A DNA stretch of 42,378 bases from Bacteroidales bacterium (GCA_007120085.1 SKOK01000122.1:1-42378); one strand, 5' to 3'. Shown: positions 1 through 8,744, counted from the first letter of the stretch. The notes: generated by a model from the sequence alone, not told the origin. Translations and numbers: made by a program.

Positions 1-2543
1 AAAACACCATCTGCCCTGATAAACTGGTCGTGATTGTATGCCATCAGCTGGTTTATTTCAATCCTTTCTTGATCCAGAATGATCTTGTGATCAACGTTTA
101 GCTGCCATTTTTCACCTTCAAGGTAAGCATAGGATGGCAAAAACCTTAACTCAAAATATTCAGCGCTAAAAATATTCGCCATCCCTGGTAAATGTCCCGT
201 GTTTTGCATTGTTGTATCAGCAGCGTTCCATTGCAGGTCGAAGGCGATTGAATTATCGGCCAGTGAGGCCTGAAAGGTGGGAGACAGAAAAAACAGGCTA
301 TCTGAAAAAATAAACATATCAGCCTGTGACTCAACCAGGAAGTAATCATTTTTGGCTGCACCATGTAAGTACCAGTTCTCCAGCTTTCTATCGGCCAGTT
401 TCAATCGTGGTAAATGTGCGTCAAAGCTTGCATCGTGGTTTGTGGAGTTGTAAACACCACTAATCCAGCTGTCGTTGGCCACACGAATAAACGGAAAGAA
501 CAGGTCAGATAACATATTGGTATCCTTAAAGCGAAGGTTGTAGGTGATATCCTGGTGGCCATTTTGCCCGTTTGACAACCTCCGGGATGATGTATCGGCA
601 GTTTCCAGTGCTGGGAGAAAGGTATGCACATAATCCCTAACTGACCGGCCCAGCCCTGCAAAATTTATCCTTCCATATACGTCTGCCTCAACAAACTCGG
701 AACGAACACGCAAGTGTTTATTGCTTTCCGGCCAAATTGTATTGCTGATGTAAATGCTGTCGGTTACATAGCGCCGAACGTCGTTTCTTGAAAACAGCCC
801 GTTTAGGGGGGCTTCTTCATATAAAATATCCCTCACGATAATCTTCCCTTCCAGATCATCCAATGAACCGGCTTTCGCATTGATCAGGAATTCAGCAGAT
901 AATACTGAACTGCTGAGTGTATCGCGCTGATAAAGATTCATTGAAGTCAAGTTGGCATCATCAACAATAGCAAGGAAGTCAAATTCGGGTATGGCCTGAC
1001 TGAAGTCAATCCTCCCTTTAAAATCAAGGTAAATACTGGGATCATCAACCAGGAAAGCACCATCGAACCTGCTATCAGCAAATACCCCACTAAGCTTTAA
1101 GTTCTCGTAATCGTAGTTTAAAAGTCCCAGTGATTCGATATTTCCATCAAGGGTGAGCTCCAGGGTTTCAACATCAAACCCTTTACCATTTATGGTGGCT
1201 GTCATATCTACCTGACCCAGGTAATCAGGTTGATTCAAAAATTTACCCAGATCAAATGATTCAGTGATCATCTGGCCACGATACGTGTACTTTTGACTCT
1301 CCGGGGATTTGCTAAAGGCGATATCACTGTTTAGTTTTCCGATGCTCGAGACCAGCTTCCCATAGGCCTGAAAATCATCGATAGAACCGTTAAGCTCACC
1401 TGTGAAAGAAACCTTGCCAAAAGAATACACATATTCCGGCAGTGCCAGATAGGGCTGATTAAAAGAAGCCGGCAGCCGAAAATCAGCCATATCCGTTATT
1501 GAGCTTTGAAAAGAGGAAACATTGAGTGCCAATTCAGCCTTTGATAAATCATCCAGCCCATCCAAATAAAAACCACCATCGAATTGCGTGTCATTCCCCG
1601 CAGATAATGCTACACCCTCTGCAGTTATTTCAGTAGCATTGCCAGAAAAGCGGCCACTAAGCAACACCTGGTTGTCGGCTCCGTGCATGAAGGTCAGATA
1701 GTGGCCTATATCGGCAAGATCAATAGCTGATGGTCTGAGGTCAAGAACATATTCAAAGCTTCGGGATGACAGTGCTTCGGAAAATGAACCATCATAGGTG
1801 AGTTCCAGGTCAAAACTCAATTCGGTATTGGCCGTGCGAAGTAAAAAGTTATTGATGCTACCGCCATCATCAAATAAGGCCAGACTACCCGAGAGGTAGT
1901 TAACCTTAAAACCATGCGACTCTGTGTATGTCAAGTAATCCAGTTCAAACGCCAGCATGTTGGATGCGAGATGTATTTCGCGAACGGCAAGGTTGATATC
2001 CTGGAATGACATTTCAGTCAAGTAAGCTCCATTAATTTCCAAGGGATGATCTGCATCCCGAAAGTGCAAACCAGCTTTACTGATCCGAAAAGACAAGACG
2101 TTCGCACTCCAATAGGATACGCTATTGTCAGCCCTGTTATCATTGGAAAAGTAGTCAATTAAAAACTGGTAATTGAAAGCCCCTTCATCAGTTCTGTGCA
2201 CATTCAACTCGCTGCCGTCAAAGCTTAGCTTTCTTATTTCCAGTTGCTTGTTTCGAAACGACAGCTTGTTGATGATCAAACCCATCCTGTCAACACGCAA
2301 CAGGCTGTCACCACTGGTGTCGCTGATAGCCACATCTGTCAGGATAATTCTCCTGAAAGGTGCGATATCGACCCCTCCCACCCTAATGTCAGCACCCAGT
2401 TCAGCAGACAAGTATTCGGTTATCTGTCTGGCTGCATAATTCTGGACTGCCTTCACATGCAGAAGCGCATAAAGGGTGACAGGCAACAAAATCAAAACCA
2501 CCAATAAGATTAACAGTATTTTTCGGGTTTTTTTGATATTTTT
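1..2543 (-). CDS. tamB: TamB/AsmA-like translocation and assembly module protein, N-terminal ~845 codons (3' end runs off the window at position 1)
   Basis: A stop-free minus-strand frame (codon low coordinate = 0 mod 3) was hand-translated at both ends. The N-end reads KNIKKTRKILLILLVVLILLPVTLYALLHVKAVQNYAARQITEYLSAELGADIRVGGVDIAPF..., i.e. a basic patch plus one TM anchor. The window-edge end reads ...EINQLMAYNHDQFIRADGV. No competing ORF >=60 aa lies between 660 and 2170. It is missing from the ORF track because it is open at the window edge. It is divergent from tsaD. The start codon is unresolved. Confidence 0.7.
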
Positions 2544-2586
2544 GTCCTCCGTTTAATTACAGGCCTGGCAAGCGCATTTAACAACT

Positions 2587-3603
2587 ATGAGTATATACAT
2601 TTTGGGAATAGAATCATCTTGCGATGACACTTCTGCCGCTATCATCAAAGATCGCAAAATCCTTGCCAACCTGATTGCAAATCAGGATGTTCACAAAGAT
2701 TTTGGGGGTGTTGTGCCTGAGCTGGCCTCCAGGGCACACCAACAGCACATCATCCCGGTCATTGAAAAAGCCTTTTCCCTTGCAAAGATAAACAAAAAAC
2801 AACTTGATGCAGTGGCATTTACCAATGGTCCTGGCCTTTTGGGTTCATTGCTGGTTGGCACCTCTTTTGCAAAGGCCTTTGCATTGGCACTTGATATTCC
2901 GCTCATCACCGTTAACCATATGCATGCGCACATCCTGGCGCTCTTTATCGAAGATGAAGCCCATCCGTCCGCACCTCCTTTTCCCTTCCTGTGCCTCACG
3001 GTATCAGGAGGCCATACCCAAATTGTGCTTGTAAAAAGTCATTATGCGATGCAGGTGATCGGACAAACCATCGATGATGCGGCAGGTGAAGCCTTTGACA
3101 AATCTGCCAAGATCATGGGCCTGCCTTACCCGGGCGGCCCGCTGATTGACAAATATGCCAGGGAGGGTAATGCCGAAGCATTTCGATTCCCCCATCCGAA
3201 AGTCCCGGGACTCGATTACAGTTTCAGCGGCCTCAAAACATCCATTCTGTACTTCCTTCGCGACAGGCTAAAAGAAGATACTGATTTTATCAATGACAAT
3301 ATCAAAGATTTATCCGCATCAATCCAGGCTACAATCGTTGAAATCCTCATGCAAAAACTGCATCTGGCATCCAAACAAACAGGCATAAAACACATCGCAA
3401 TGGCCGGCGGCGTTTCGGCCAATTCAGGGTTAAGACAGGCATTCCTGGATCAACAAGTTGCTGGCAACTGGAAGGTTTACATTCCGAAATTTGAATACTG
3501 CACGGATAACGCTGCGATGATAGCTGTTACTGGGTATTTTAAATATTTGAAAAAAGATTTTGCTCCACAGAGCACAACACCATTCACGAGATTCCAGGGC
3601 TAA
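2587..3603 (+). CDS. tsaD: tRNA N6-adenosine threonylcarbamoyltransferase TsaD (Kae1/Gcp family)
   Basis: 338 aa. Has the N-terminal ILGIESSCDDTSAAI and the metal-binding VNHMHAHI motif. Length is typical of TsaD. Confidence 0.93.
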   Translation: MSIYILGIESSCDDTSAAIIKDRKILANLIANQDVHKDFGGVVPELASRAHQQHIIPVIEKAFSLAKINKKQLDAVAFTNGPGLLGSLLVGTSFAKAFALALDIPLITVNHMHAHILALFIEDEAHPSAPPFPFLCLTVSGGHTQIVLVKSHYAMQVIGQTIDDAAGEAFDKSAKIMGLPYPGGPLIDKYAREGNAEAFRFPHPKVPGLDYSFSGLKTSILYFLRDRLKEDTDFINDNIKDLSASIQATIVEILMQKLHLASKQTGIKHIAMAGGVSANSGLRQAFLDQQVAGNWKVYIPKFEYCTDNAAMIAVTGYFKYLKKDFAPQSTTPFTRFQG

Positions 3604-4478
3604 TCAACCTCTTCATCAGCAGGCTCCAAATCATTAAATTCGATTTCTGTTTGATCAGGCACATCAATGCGGATAAAACCAGTTTGATCCTGGGGTCTTA
3701 TAACATGCTCTTCAACATCATAATGATAATAGACAGCAGGCTCCCGACCAGTTTGCTCGCGCACATAAAGGTTCAACAGGTAATCAAATATGTTTTGCGC
3801 ATTTTGTTTTCCTGAAAACTGTGCAAGTTCGTTTAAGTCATCCAGAGTAAGTAAATATCTGTTTGCATCAAACAAAACCTCCCCAGTGGATCGCCGTATA
3901 AAGCGACCCTCAACAAAGTCGCTGGTGGCGTGCACACTAAAAAGAACCTCCATCCCGAAATCAGCATCATTCAGTTTCATGAACTCAAACCAAACATTGT
4001 TTTCCAATACGGTAACCGGCTCACGCCTCACATAGTTTATGTTTCCATCGCGGGCAACAAACAACTCCTCGTCAATGTATTCTAACACTTCCATCTGGGC
4101 AATGAAAAAGATGTATGCTCGCTCCCCGAGCTTGAAAAATGCATCCATCTGGTCAATGCCATACATTTTTACAGACAGACGTTCAAGTTGCACTTCAAGT
4201 GCATCCATAAACATGTTGATGAATATTGAATCTGTAACCTGGTTGATGAAGCGAATGTCTGACTCATCGACATCAGGGAAGTTTTCTACAACTGAAATGC
4301 TGTCGGGATGAACCGGCAAAAACGTTTTCATAAGGCCTGAAGGAGGCAAAACCAACACGTGGATGTCTGTTTCATCAACCACGAAACGATTGGCCAGGTT
4401 CAGGCTACTCGCACAGGAATATAAGCCGGCTGTCATCAGCAGGAAAAGAAAAGATATTTTATATGTCCTGTTTTCCAT
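3600..4478 (-). CDS. Hypothetical lipoprotein with acidic C-terminus
   Basis: 292 aa with an ATG start. Has an SpII-like signal, FLFLLMTAGLYSC followed by ASS. No catalytic motif recognised. The tail is very acidic (EIEFNDLEPADEEVD). Its stop overlaps the tsaD stop by 4 nt (convergent). Confidence 0.7.
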   Translation of the reverse strand: MENRTYKISFLFLLMTAGLYSCASSLNLANRFVVDETDIHVLVLPPSGLMKTFLPVHPDSISVVENFPDVDESDIRFINQVTDSIFINMFMDALEVQLERLSVKMYGIDQMDAFFKLGERAYIFFIAQMEVLEYIDEELFVARDGNINYVRREPVTVLENNVWFEFMKLNDADFGMEVLFSVHATSDFVEGRFIRRSTGEVLFDANRYLLTLDDLNELAQFSGKQNAQNIFDYLLNLYVREQTGREPAVYYHYDVEEHVIRPQDQTGFIRIDVPDQTEIEFNDLEPADEEVD

Positions 4479-4525
4479 TTTACAATAGGCAATCCTGTTT
4501 AGAAAAAACGTTTATTATGGCATTC

Positions 4526-5749
4526 TTATTTCCCCGCCAGCTTTTCCCCAATGCTTTTCCCATATTCGTGACATAAGGCATATTCATCCTCATGCGGGGT
4601 AAACTTTACAAATACGCCATCGCCCTGAACGTCAAGTTTTAGGTTGCTAAGTGTTGAATTGATGAGTTTTGCAGCTTCGCCGCTCCATCCGTAAGAACCA
4701 AATGCTCCGCCCAGCTTGCGGTTATCCCTGATCGGACTGATAATGCCAAAAAGTTTGTAAACAGGCATCAGGATGTTCTGGTTGATGGTTGGGCAGCCTA
4801 CAATCACGGCACTGCTCCTGGCCACACGCTCGTCCATGTCGCCAAGGGGCATTGACTCAATGTCGGCCACCTCTACCTCAAAATCGCCGGCACTGCGTAT
4901 GCCATCACGGATGGCTTCAGCCATTTTGCCTGTATTGTGATAGGCTGAAACATAAGGAATAAAGACATAATTGTTTTGCGGTGTTTGCAAAGCCTCCTTT
5001 GCATACTGTTCAGAAATGTCAACCCATTTTTCCCAGTCATTCATCAGCAAAGGGCCGTGTCCGGTAAGTATTGCATCAATTTCGAGCGGCCTGATCTTGT
5101 CAATGGCCTTGAGCATGAATTTACTGAAAGGTTTCAGGATCACATCATAATAATACTTGAAGGCATCGCTGAAGTCTCCAACCTTGTTATCAATCATATC
5201 AGGATGCGCATAGTGACAGCCAAAAGAGTCGCAGGTAAACAGGAGCTTATCTTCTTCGAGATAGGTGTACATGCTGTCAGGCCAGTGCAGGTTCGGTGCA
5301 GAAATGAACCTAAGGGTTTTATTGCCGAGGTCAAGTGTTTCGCCATCTTTGGCTATGATGTGCTTGAAATCCCTGCCGAGGAAATCTTTCAGGTAGTTGA
5401 TCGCCAAACGACTGCCTACCACGGTGGCATGTGGTGCCAAAGCCAGTATATTGGCCAGGTTGCCACTGTGGTCAGGTTCTGTGTGGTTCAGGATAATGTA
5501 TTCTATTTCAGATGGATCCGTAACCTTCTTAAGCTTTTCCAGATAGACATCCCAAAACTTTTCCTTGGATGTCTCAATCAATGCTTTTTTCTCAGCATCA
5601 ATAAAATAGCTGTTGTAGGTAGTGCCATATTCGGTTTCCATCACCACATCAAATGTAACAATGTCATAATCGATCACACCAACCCACTTCACGTCATCTT
5701 TGATGCTGATCACTTCTTTGTCCGGTCTTTTAAGTTCTTTTGTGTTCAT
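4526..5749 (-). CDS. fprA: A-type flavoprotein / flavodiiron protein (FprA family, O2/NO reductase)
   Basis: 407 aa. Has the metallo-beta-lactamase-like diiron motif HTEPDHSG and a C-terminal flavodoxin-like domain (VIVGCPTINQN, GAFGSYGWSGEA). Confidence 0.88.
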   Translation of the reverse strand: MNTKELKRPDKEVISIKDDVKWVGVIDYDIVTFDVVMETEYGTTYNSYFIDAEKKALIETSKEKFWDVYLEKLKKVTDPSEIEYIILNHTEPDHSGNLANILALAPHATVVGSRLAINYLKDFLGRDFKHIIAKDGETLDLGNKTLRFISAPNLHWPDSMYTYLEEDKLLFTCDSFGCHYAHPDMIDNKVGDFSDAFKYYYDVILKPFSKFMLKAIDKIRPLEIDAILTGHGPLLMNDWEKWVDISEQYAKEALQTPQNNYVFIPYVSAYHNTGKMAEAIRDGIRSAGDFEVEVADIESMPLGDMDERVARSSAVIVGCPTINQNILMPVYKLFGIISPIRDNRKLGGAFGSYGWSGEAAKLINSTLSNLKLDVQGDGVFVKFTPHEDEYALCHEYGKSIGEKLAGK

Positions 5750-5766
5750 AGTTTTATTTTTTTGTT

Positions 5767-5827
5767 TGACAGGTCAAGCCCTGTCATTACATTATGTGAC
5801 GGGTCAAGCCCTGGTGACAGGTCAGGG
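5767..5827. repeat. Three GAC(A/G)GGTCA(A)G(CCC/GGG) words, related to the 29855-30040 tandem-array unit
   Basis: tgacaggtcaagccctgtca (5767-5786) has 7-bp inverted arms tgacagg/cctgtca. It is followed by gacgggtcaagccc and gacaggtcaggg. It matches array unit atgacaggtcgaagccc at 15 of 16 positions. It fills the hydE-fprA spacer and overlaps the hydE stop codon. Confidence 0.6.
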
Positions 5828-6913
5828 TTTGCCGGTACGGTTTTTAAAATGTTTGGAGTCGCCCCATTCGCCGTAGCCTATTTCACCGCCTGCCATATGG
5901 ATGCGTGCTTCCAGGCAGCGTTTGCACTCTTCTGCGTCTTCGTCGGTGCAGGGTTTGTCCTCGTATAACAAGTAATCATCACGGTATTTTGTGGGTGTCA
6001 GGTTAGGCATAATGATGTTGGCGCCAACCTTGATTGCCTTTTCCCGCCCAACGGGATCAATGGCCTGCATGGCCGTGGTGGCGGCAATGTTGATGTCTTT
6101 CATGAGTATGCGCAACACCGCAACCATCTTGAGGCTCAGGTAAAACCGCTCTGTCTTTGGCAATAACAGATGCCTGTGCTCATACATGGGTGTGTTTTCA
6201 TGTTCAATGTAAGGGCCCATGCCCACCATATCAATATCGTGTTTCTGAAAAAACAGCAGGTCATCAGCGAGGTCCTCTACGGTTTGAAACGGCAGTCCGA
6301 TCATAACACCGGTACCCACCTGGTAGCCAACCTTGCGCAGCCGATAGAGCGCTTCGAGGCGCTCATTATAGTCGTGCGCCTTATTATTTGGATGATACTT
6401 CGGGTAAAGATCCGGGTTGGATACCTCGATCCGTAATAAGTAGCGATGAGCACCAGCCTCAAACCACCGGCGATAGGTCTCTTCGCTTTGTTCTCCGAGT
6501 GAAAGGGTGATTCCGAGCTCTCCATTGCTCATTTGCTTGATCATCTTAATAAGGCGCTCTATACGCTTAACATACTGCACGCCGCTGCGCTCACCAGCCT
6601 GGATCACCAGGCTGCCAAACTGATTCTCATAAGCGTACCTTGCTGCATCCAACACTTCCTGCTCCGTCACTTCATAACGATGGGCATTTTTATTGCCTGC
6701 CCTGATGCCGCAATAATAACAATTTTTCCCGCAAAGGTTGGAGAATTCGATCAGCCCCCTGTAGTAAACCTTATTGCCAACAAAAAGGTTTTTCACCTCT
6801 TCGGCCTTGGCAAACACCAGCTTACGCAATTCCTCATCAGCCGACAACAAAGTAACCAGGTCAGTCTTGCTGAAAGTATCTTGATCTAATACGCTTTTAA
6901 TCCTGTCAGACAT
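5822..6913 (-). CDS. hydE: [FeFe]-hydrogenase H-cluster radical SAM maturase HydE
   Basis: 363 aa. Contains YRGLIEFSNLCGKNCYYCGIRAGN (a CX3CX2C radical SAM cluster in the HydE-type context) and has biotin-synthase-like length. It lies directly downstream of hydF. Confidence 0.85.
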   Translation of the reverse strand: MSDRIKSVLDQDTFSKTDLVTLLSADEELRKLVFAKAEEVKNLFVGNKVYYRGLIEFSNLCGKNCYYCGIRAGNKNAHRYEVTEQEVLDAARYAYENQFGSLVIQAGERSGVQYVKRIERLIKMIKQMSNGELGITLSLGEQSEETYRRWFEAGAHRYLLRIEVSNPDLYPKYHPNNKAHDYNERLEALYRLRKVGYQVGTGVMIGLPFQTVEDLADDLLFFQKHDIDMVGMGPYIEHENTPMYEHRHLLLPKTERFYLSLKMVAVLRILMKDINIAATTAMQAIDPVGREKAIKVGANIIMPNLTPTKYRDDYLLYEDKPCTDEDAEECKRCLEARIHMAGGEIGYGEWGDSKHFKNRTGKP

Positions 6914-6953
6914 AGCTTATGTCGTTATTATTCATCTGATTTACTGCTTCTTA

Positions 6954-6988
6954 AATCGATAATCGACAATCGACAATCAGAAATCGAT
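6954..6988. repeat. Five tandem degenerate heptads: aatcgat aatcgac aatcgac aatcaga aatcgat
   Basis: Read directly in the 84-nt hydF-hydE spacer. The 7-nt period is non-coding. Confidence 0.7.
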
Positions 6989-6997
6989 GATTGTCAT

Positions 6998-8227
6998 TTA
7001 AAGATAATCATCGGCATTTTCATTATGGCCGGTGAATGGTGCCACAGCCCTGTGGTAAATTCCGTGCATCCAGGCGATGGCCATGCCATAATTTGTAACC
7101 GGTACGCCAGCCTCCACGGCAGGTTTGAGCCGATTAATGAGCTGTTTGCGTGTGATCATGCAACCACCGCACTGCACAAGAAGGGCATAATCTTCGATCG
7201 GCCGGGGTAGTTCACCCAGTCCGGCTACCACATCATATTCAAGTTTTTTGCCGGTGTAACTGCTCATCCAGCGTGGAATCTTCACCCTGCCAATATCATC
7301 ACATGCTACGTGATGGGTGCAGGATTCCAGTAATAAAACGCGGTCACCATCTATAAGTTCAGATATCTTTGGTGTTCCGCGCAAATAATTCTCAAAATCG
7401 CCTTTGTGCCTTGCCAGCATAATGCTGAAGCTCGTGAGCGGAATATCAGCAGGCACGGAAGCATCGGCTCTGAGAAACACCTGGCTGTCGGTGACAACCA
7501 GTGCAGGCCTGGGCTGCAGCACCCGCATCAGCGCATCCACCTCTTTTTCTTTGACTACAACAGCCACACAATCATTGTCAATGATGTCGCGAATGGCTTG
7601 TACCTGCGGCAAAATGAGCCTGCCTTCGGGTGCCTCATTGTCGATGGGCGTGATGAGAACCACCAGATCGCCATAGCTTAACAGGTCGCCCAACAACGTT
7701 TTGGCCCGATAGGCAGTTTCCGGCATGGACTGCCTGAGCGCAACAATAAGCTCCTCAATGTTGTCAGGCTGCAACGCACAAAACGACAACACATTGACCT
7801 TATATTTTTCCGTAATCCTGCTTTGCAACGCCGGAGAAAGACTGTTTTGATCCGACTTGTTGTGGAGTACTAAGAAGGGCACCTCTTGCTTCTCAAACGC
7901 CTTGATCAGCTTTTCTTCAGCTTCATCAAAGATGTTGTTGGCAATGACCAGCACTGCCAGGTCAACGGTTTTCAGAGCTGAAAGTGTGCGGCCCACACGC
8001 TTGGCGCCAAGCTCACCAATGTCATCGATGCCCGCAGTGTCCACAAGGATGGCGGGGCCTATCCCCGGGATTTCCATCGACTTGCGCACCGGGTCGGTTG
8101 TTGTGCCCGGCACATCCGAAACGATCGCAATGTCCTGCTGAGCCAACGCATTGATCAGCGAGCTCTTGCCGTTGTTACGGCGACCAAAAATGCCTATGTG
8201 AGGCTTGGATTCCCTGCCTTTTGCCAT
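6998..8227 (-). CDS. hydF: [FeFe]-hydrogenase H-cluster maturation GTPase HydF
   Basis: Has G1 GRRNNGKSS, G3 DTAGID and G4 HNKSD. Has C-terminal cluster-ligand motifs ESCTHH and QCGGCM. The ORF track begins at a TTG (8248); I prefer the in-frame ATG at 8227 (MAKGRESKPHIGIFGRRNNGKSS). Confidence 0.85.
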   Translation of the reverse strand: MAKGRESKPHIGIFGRRNNGKSSLINALAQQDIAIVSDVPGTTTDPVRKSMEIPGIGPAILVDTAGIDDIGELGAKRVGRTLSALKTVDLAVLVIANNIFDEAEEKLIKAFEKQEVPFLVLHNKSDQNSLSPALQSRITEKYKVNVLSFCALQPDNIEELIVALRQSMPETAYRAKTLLGDLLSYGDLVVLITPIDNEAPEGRLILPQVQAIRDIIDNDCVAVVVKEKEVDALMRVLQPRPALVVTDSQVFLRADASVPADIPLTSFSIMLARHKGDFENYLRGTPKISELIDGDRVLLLESCTHHVACDDIGRVKIPRWMSSYTGKKLEYDVVAGLGELPRPIEDYALLVQCGGCMITRKQLINRLKPAVEAGVPVTNYGMAIAWMHGIYHRAVAPFTGHNENADDYL

Positions 8228-8275
8228 ATCTTCTGGTATTTGGGACAAAGATAATTCATTTTGGTGGGATTTTGT

Positions 8276-8330
8276 GGTTCATGGTTCATGGTTGCGGGTT
8301 GCTAATTTCTAATTGCTGGTTACGGGTTCG
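8276..8330 (-). repeat. Degenerate heptad leader repeat (sense strand for hydF: cgtaacc agcaatt agaaatt agcaacc cgcaacc atgaacc atgaacc)
   Basis: The 7-nt periodicity was read directly: ggttcat ggttcat ggttgcg ggttgct aatttct aattgct ggttacg on the plus strand. It ends 48 nt upstream of the hydF ATG. Confidence 0.75.
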
Positions 8331-8338
8331 TAGCCTTC

Positions 8339-8415
8339 TGTCATTCTAAGCGATAGCGAAGAATCCCTCAGCCCAAAAAGATCCTTCACTTCGCTATGCT
8401 TCGTTGCTAACGACA
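8339..8415. repeat. Imperfect inverted repeat containing the TGTCATTCTnAGCGnTAGCGAnGAATC word
   Basis: tgtcattctaagcgatagcgaagaatccctc (8339-8369) faces gatccttcacttcgctatgcttcgttgctaacgaca (8380-8415). The core pairing is atagcgaag/cttcgctat. Related copies lie at 40286-40305 and 42211-42237. Confidence 0.7.
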
Positions 8416-8515
8416 TCTTTGCGTACTTTGCGTGAGAAACCTTTGCGTTCTTTGCGTGGAACAAATAATTCCACGCAAAGAACGCAAAGATAAAAACACG
8501 CAAAGCACGCAAAGA
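8416..8515. repeat. 100-nt near-perfect palindrome made of 4+4 CTTTGCG/CGCAAAG heptamers
   Basis: The apical stem is 21 bp and perfect (8441-8461 with 8469-8489), with loop caaataa. An internal loop is agaaac x ataaaaa. The basal stem is 19 bp with one A-C mismatch. Confidence 0.8.
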
Positions 8516-8629
8516 AAAAAATAAGGAATTTAATGTCATTCCAGCATTGTGTTACCTGCAAAACACCAACAATCCCTGTCCGCGGAAAAACCACGGAGTG
8601 GTTTACCAAGACACTAAACAAAAATGTTA

Positions 8630-8637
8630 TATTTTTG
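8630..8637 (+). promoter_or_regulatory. Candidate Bacteroidota -7 box TAttTTTG upstream of the aldehyde dehydrogenase gene
   Basis: Matches the TAnnTTTG consensus about 108 nt upstream of the ATG at 8745. This is a motif match only. Confidence 0.3.
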
Positions 8638-8744
8638 CCTTTTGAGAACTAAAGGCGCATTGAAACAAGTTTCAACCTTTATGGAAGTCTCATCCCATCA
8701 ACGACTTTATTATCTCATTTTGATGAATTATTAAAAAAGCTCCT

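Noticed and set aside
4976-5968. 330-aa plus-strand ORF, the longest unassigned ORF in the track
   Set aside because: It is entirely antisense to fprA, then crosses the repeat-filled spacer into the antisense of hydE. Its composition is low-complexity and Cys/Phe/Val-rich with no motif. The fprA frame opposite it has strong family motifs. It is a shadow ORF.
8309-8621. Two overlapping minus-strand ORFs (76 and 75 aa) in the hydF / dehydrogenase spacer
   Set aside because: They are translations of the TGTCATTCT word and the CTTTGCG palindrome (HAKNAKVSHAKYAK...). There is no independent coding signal.
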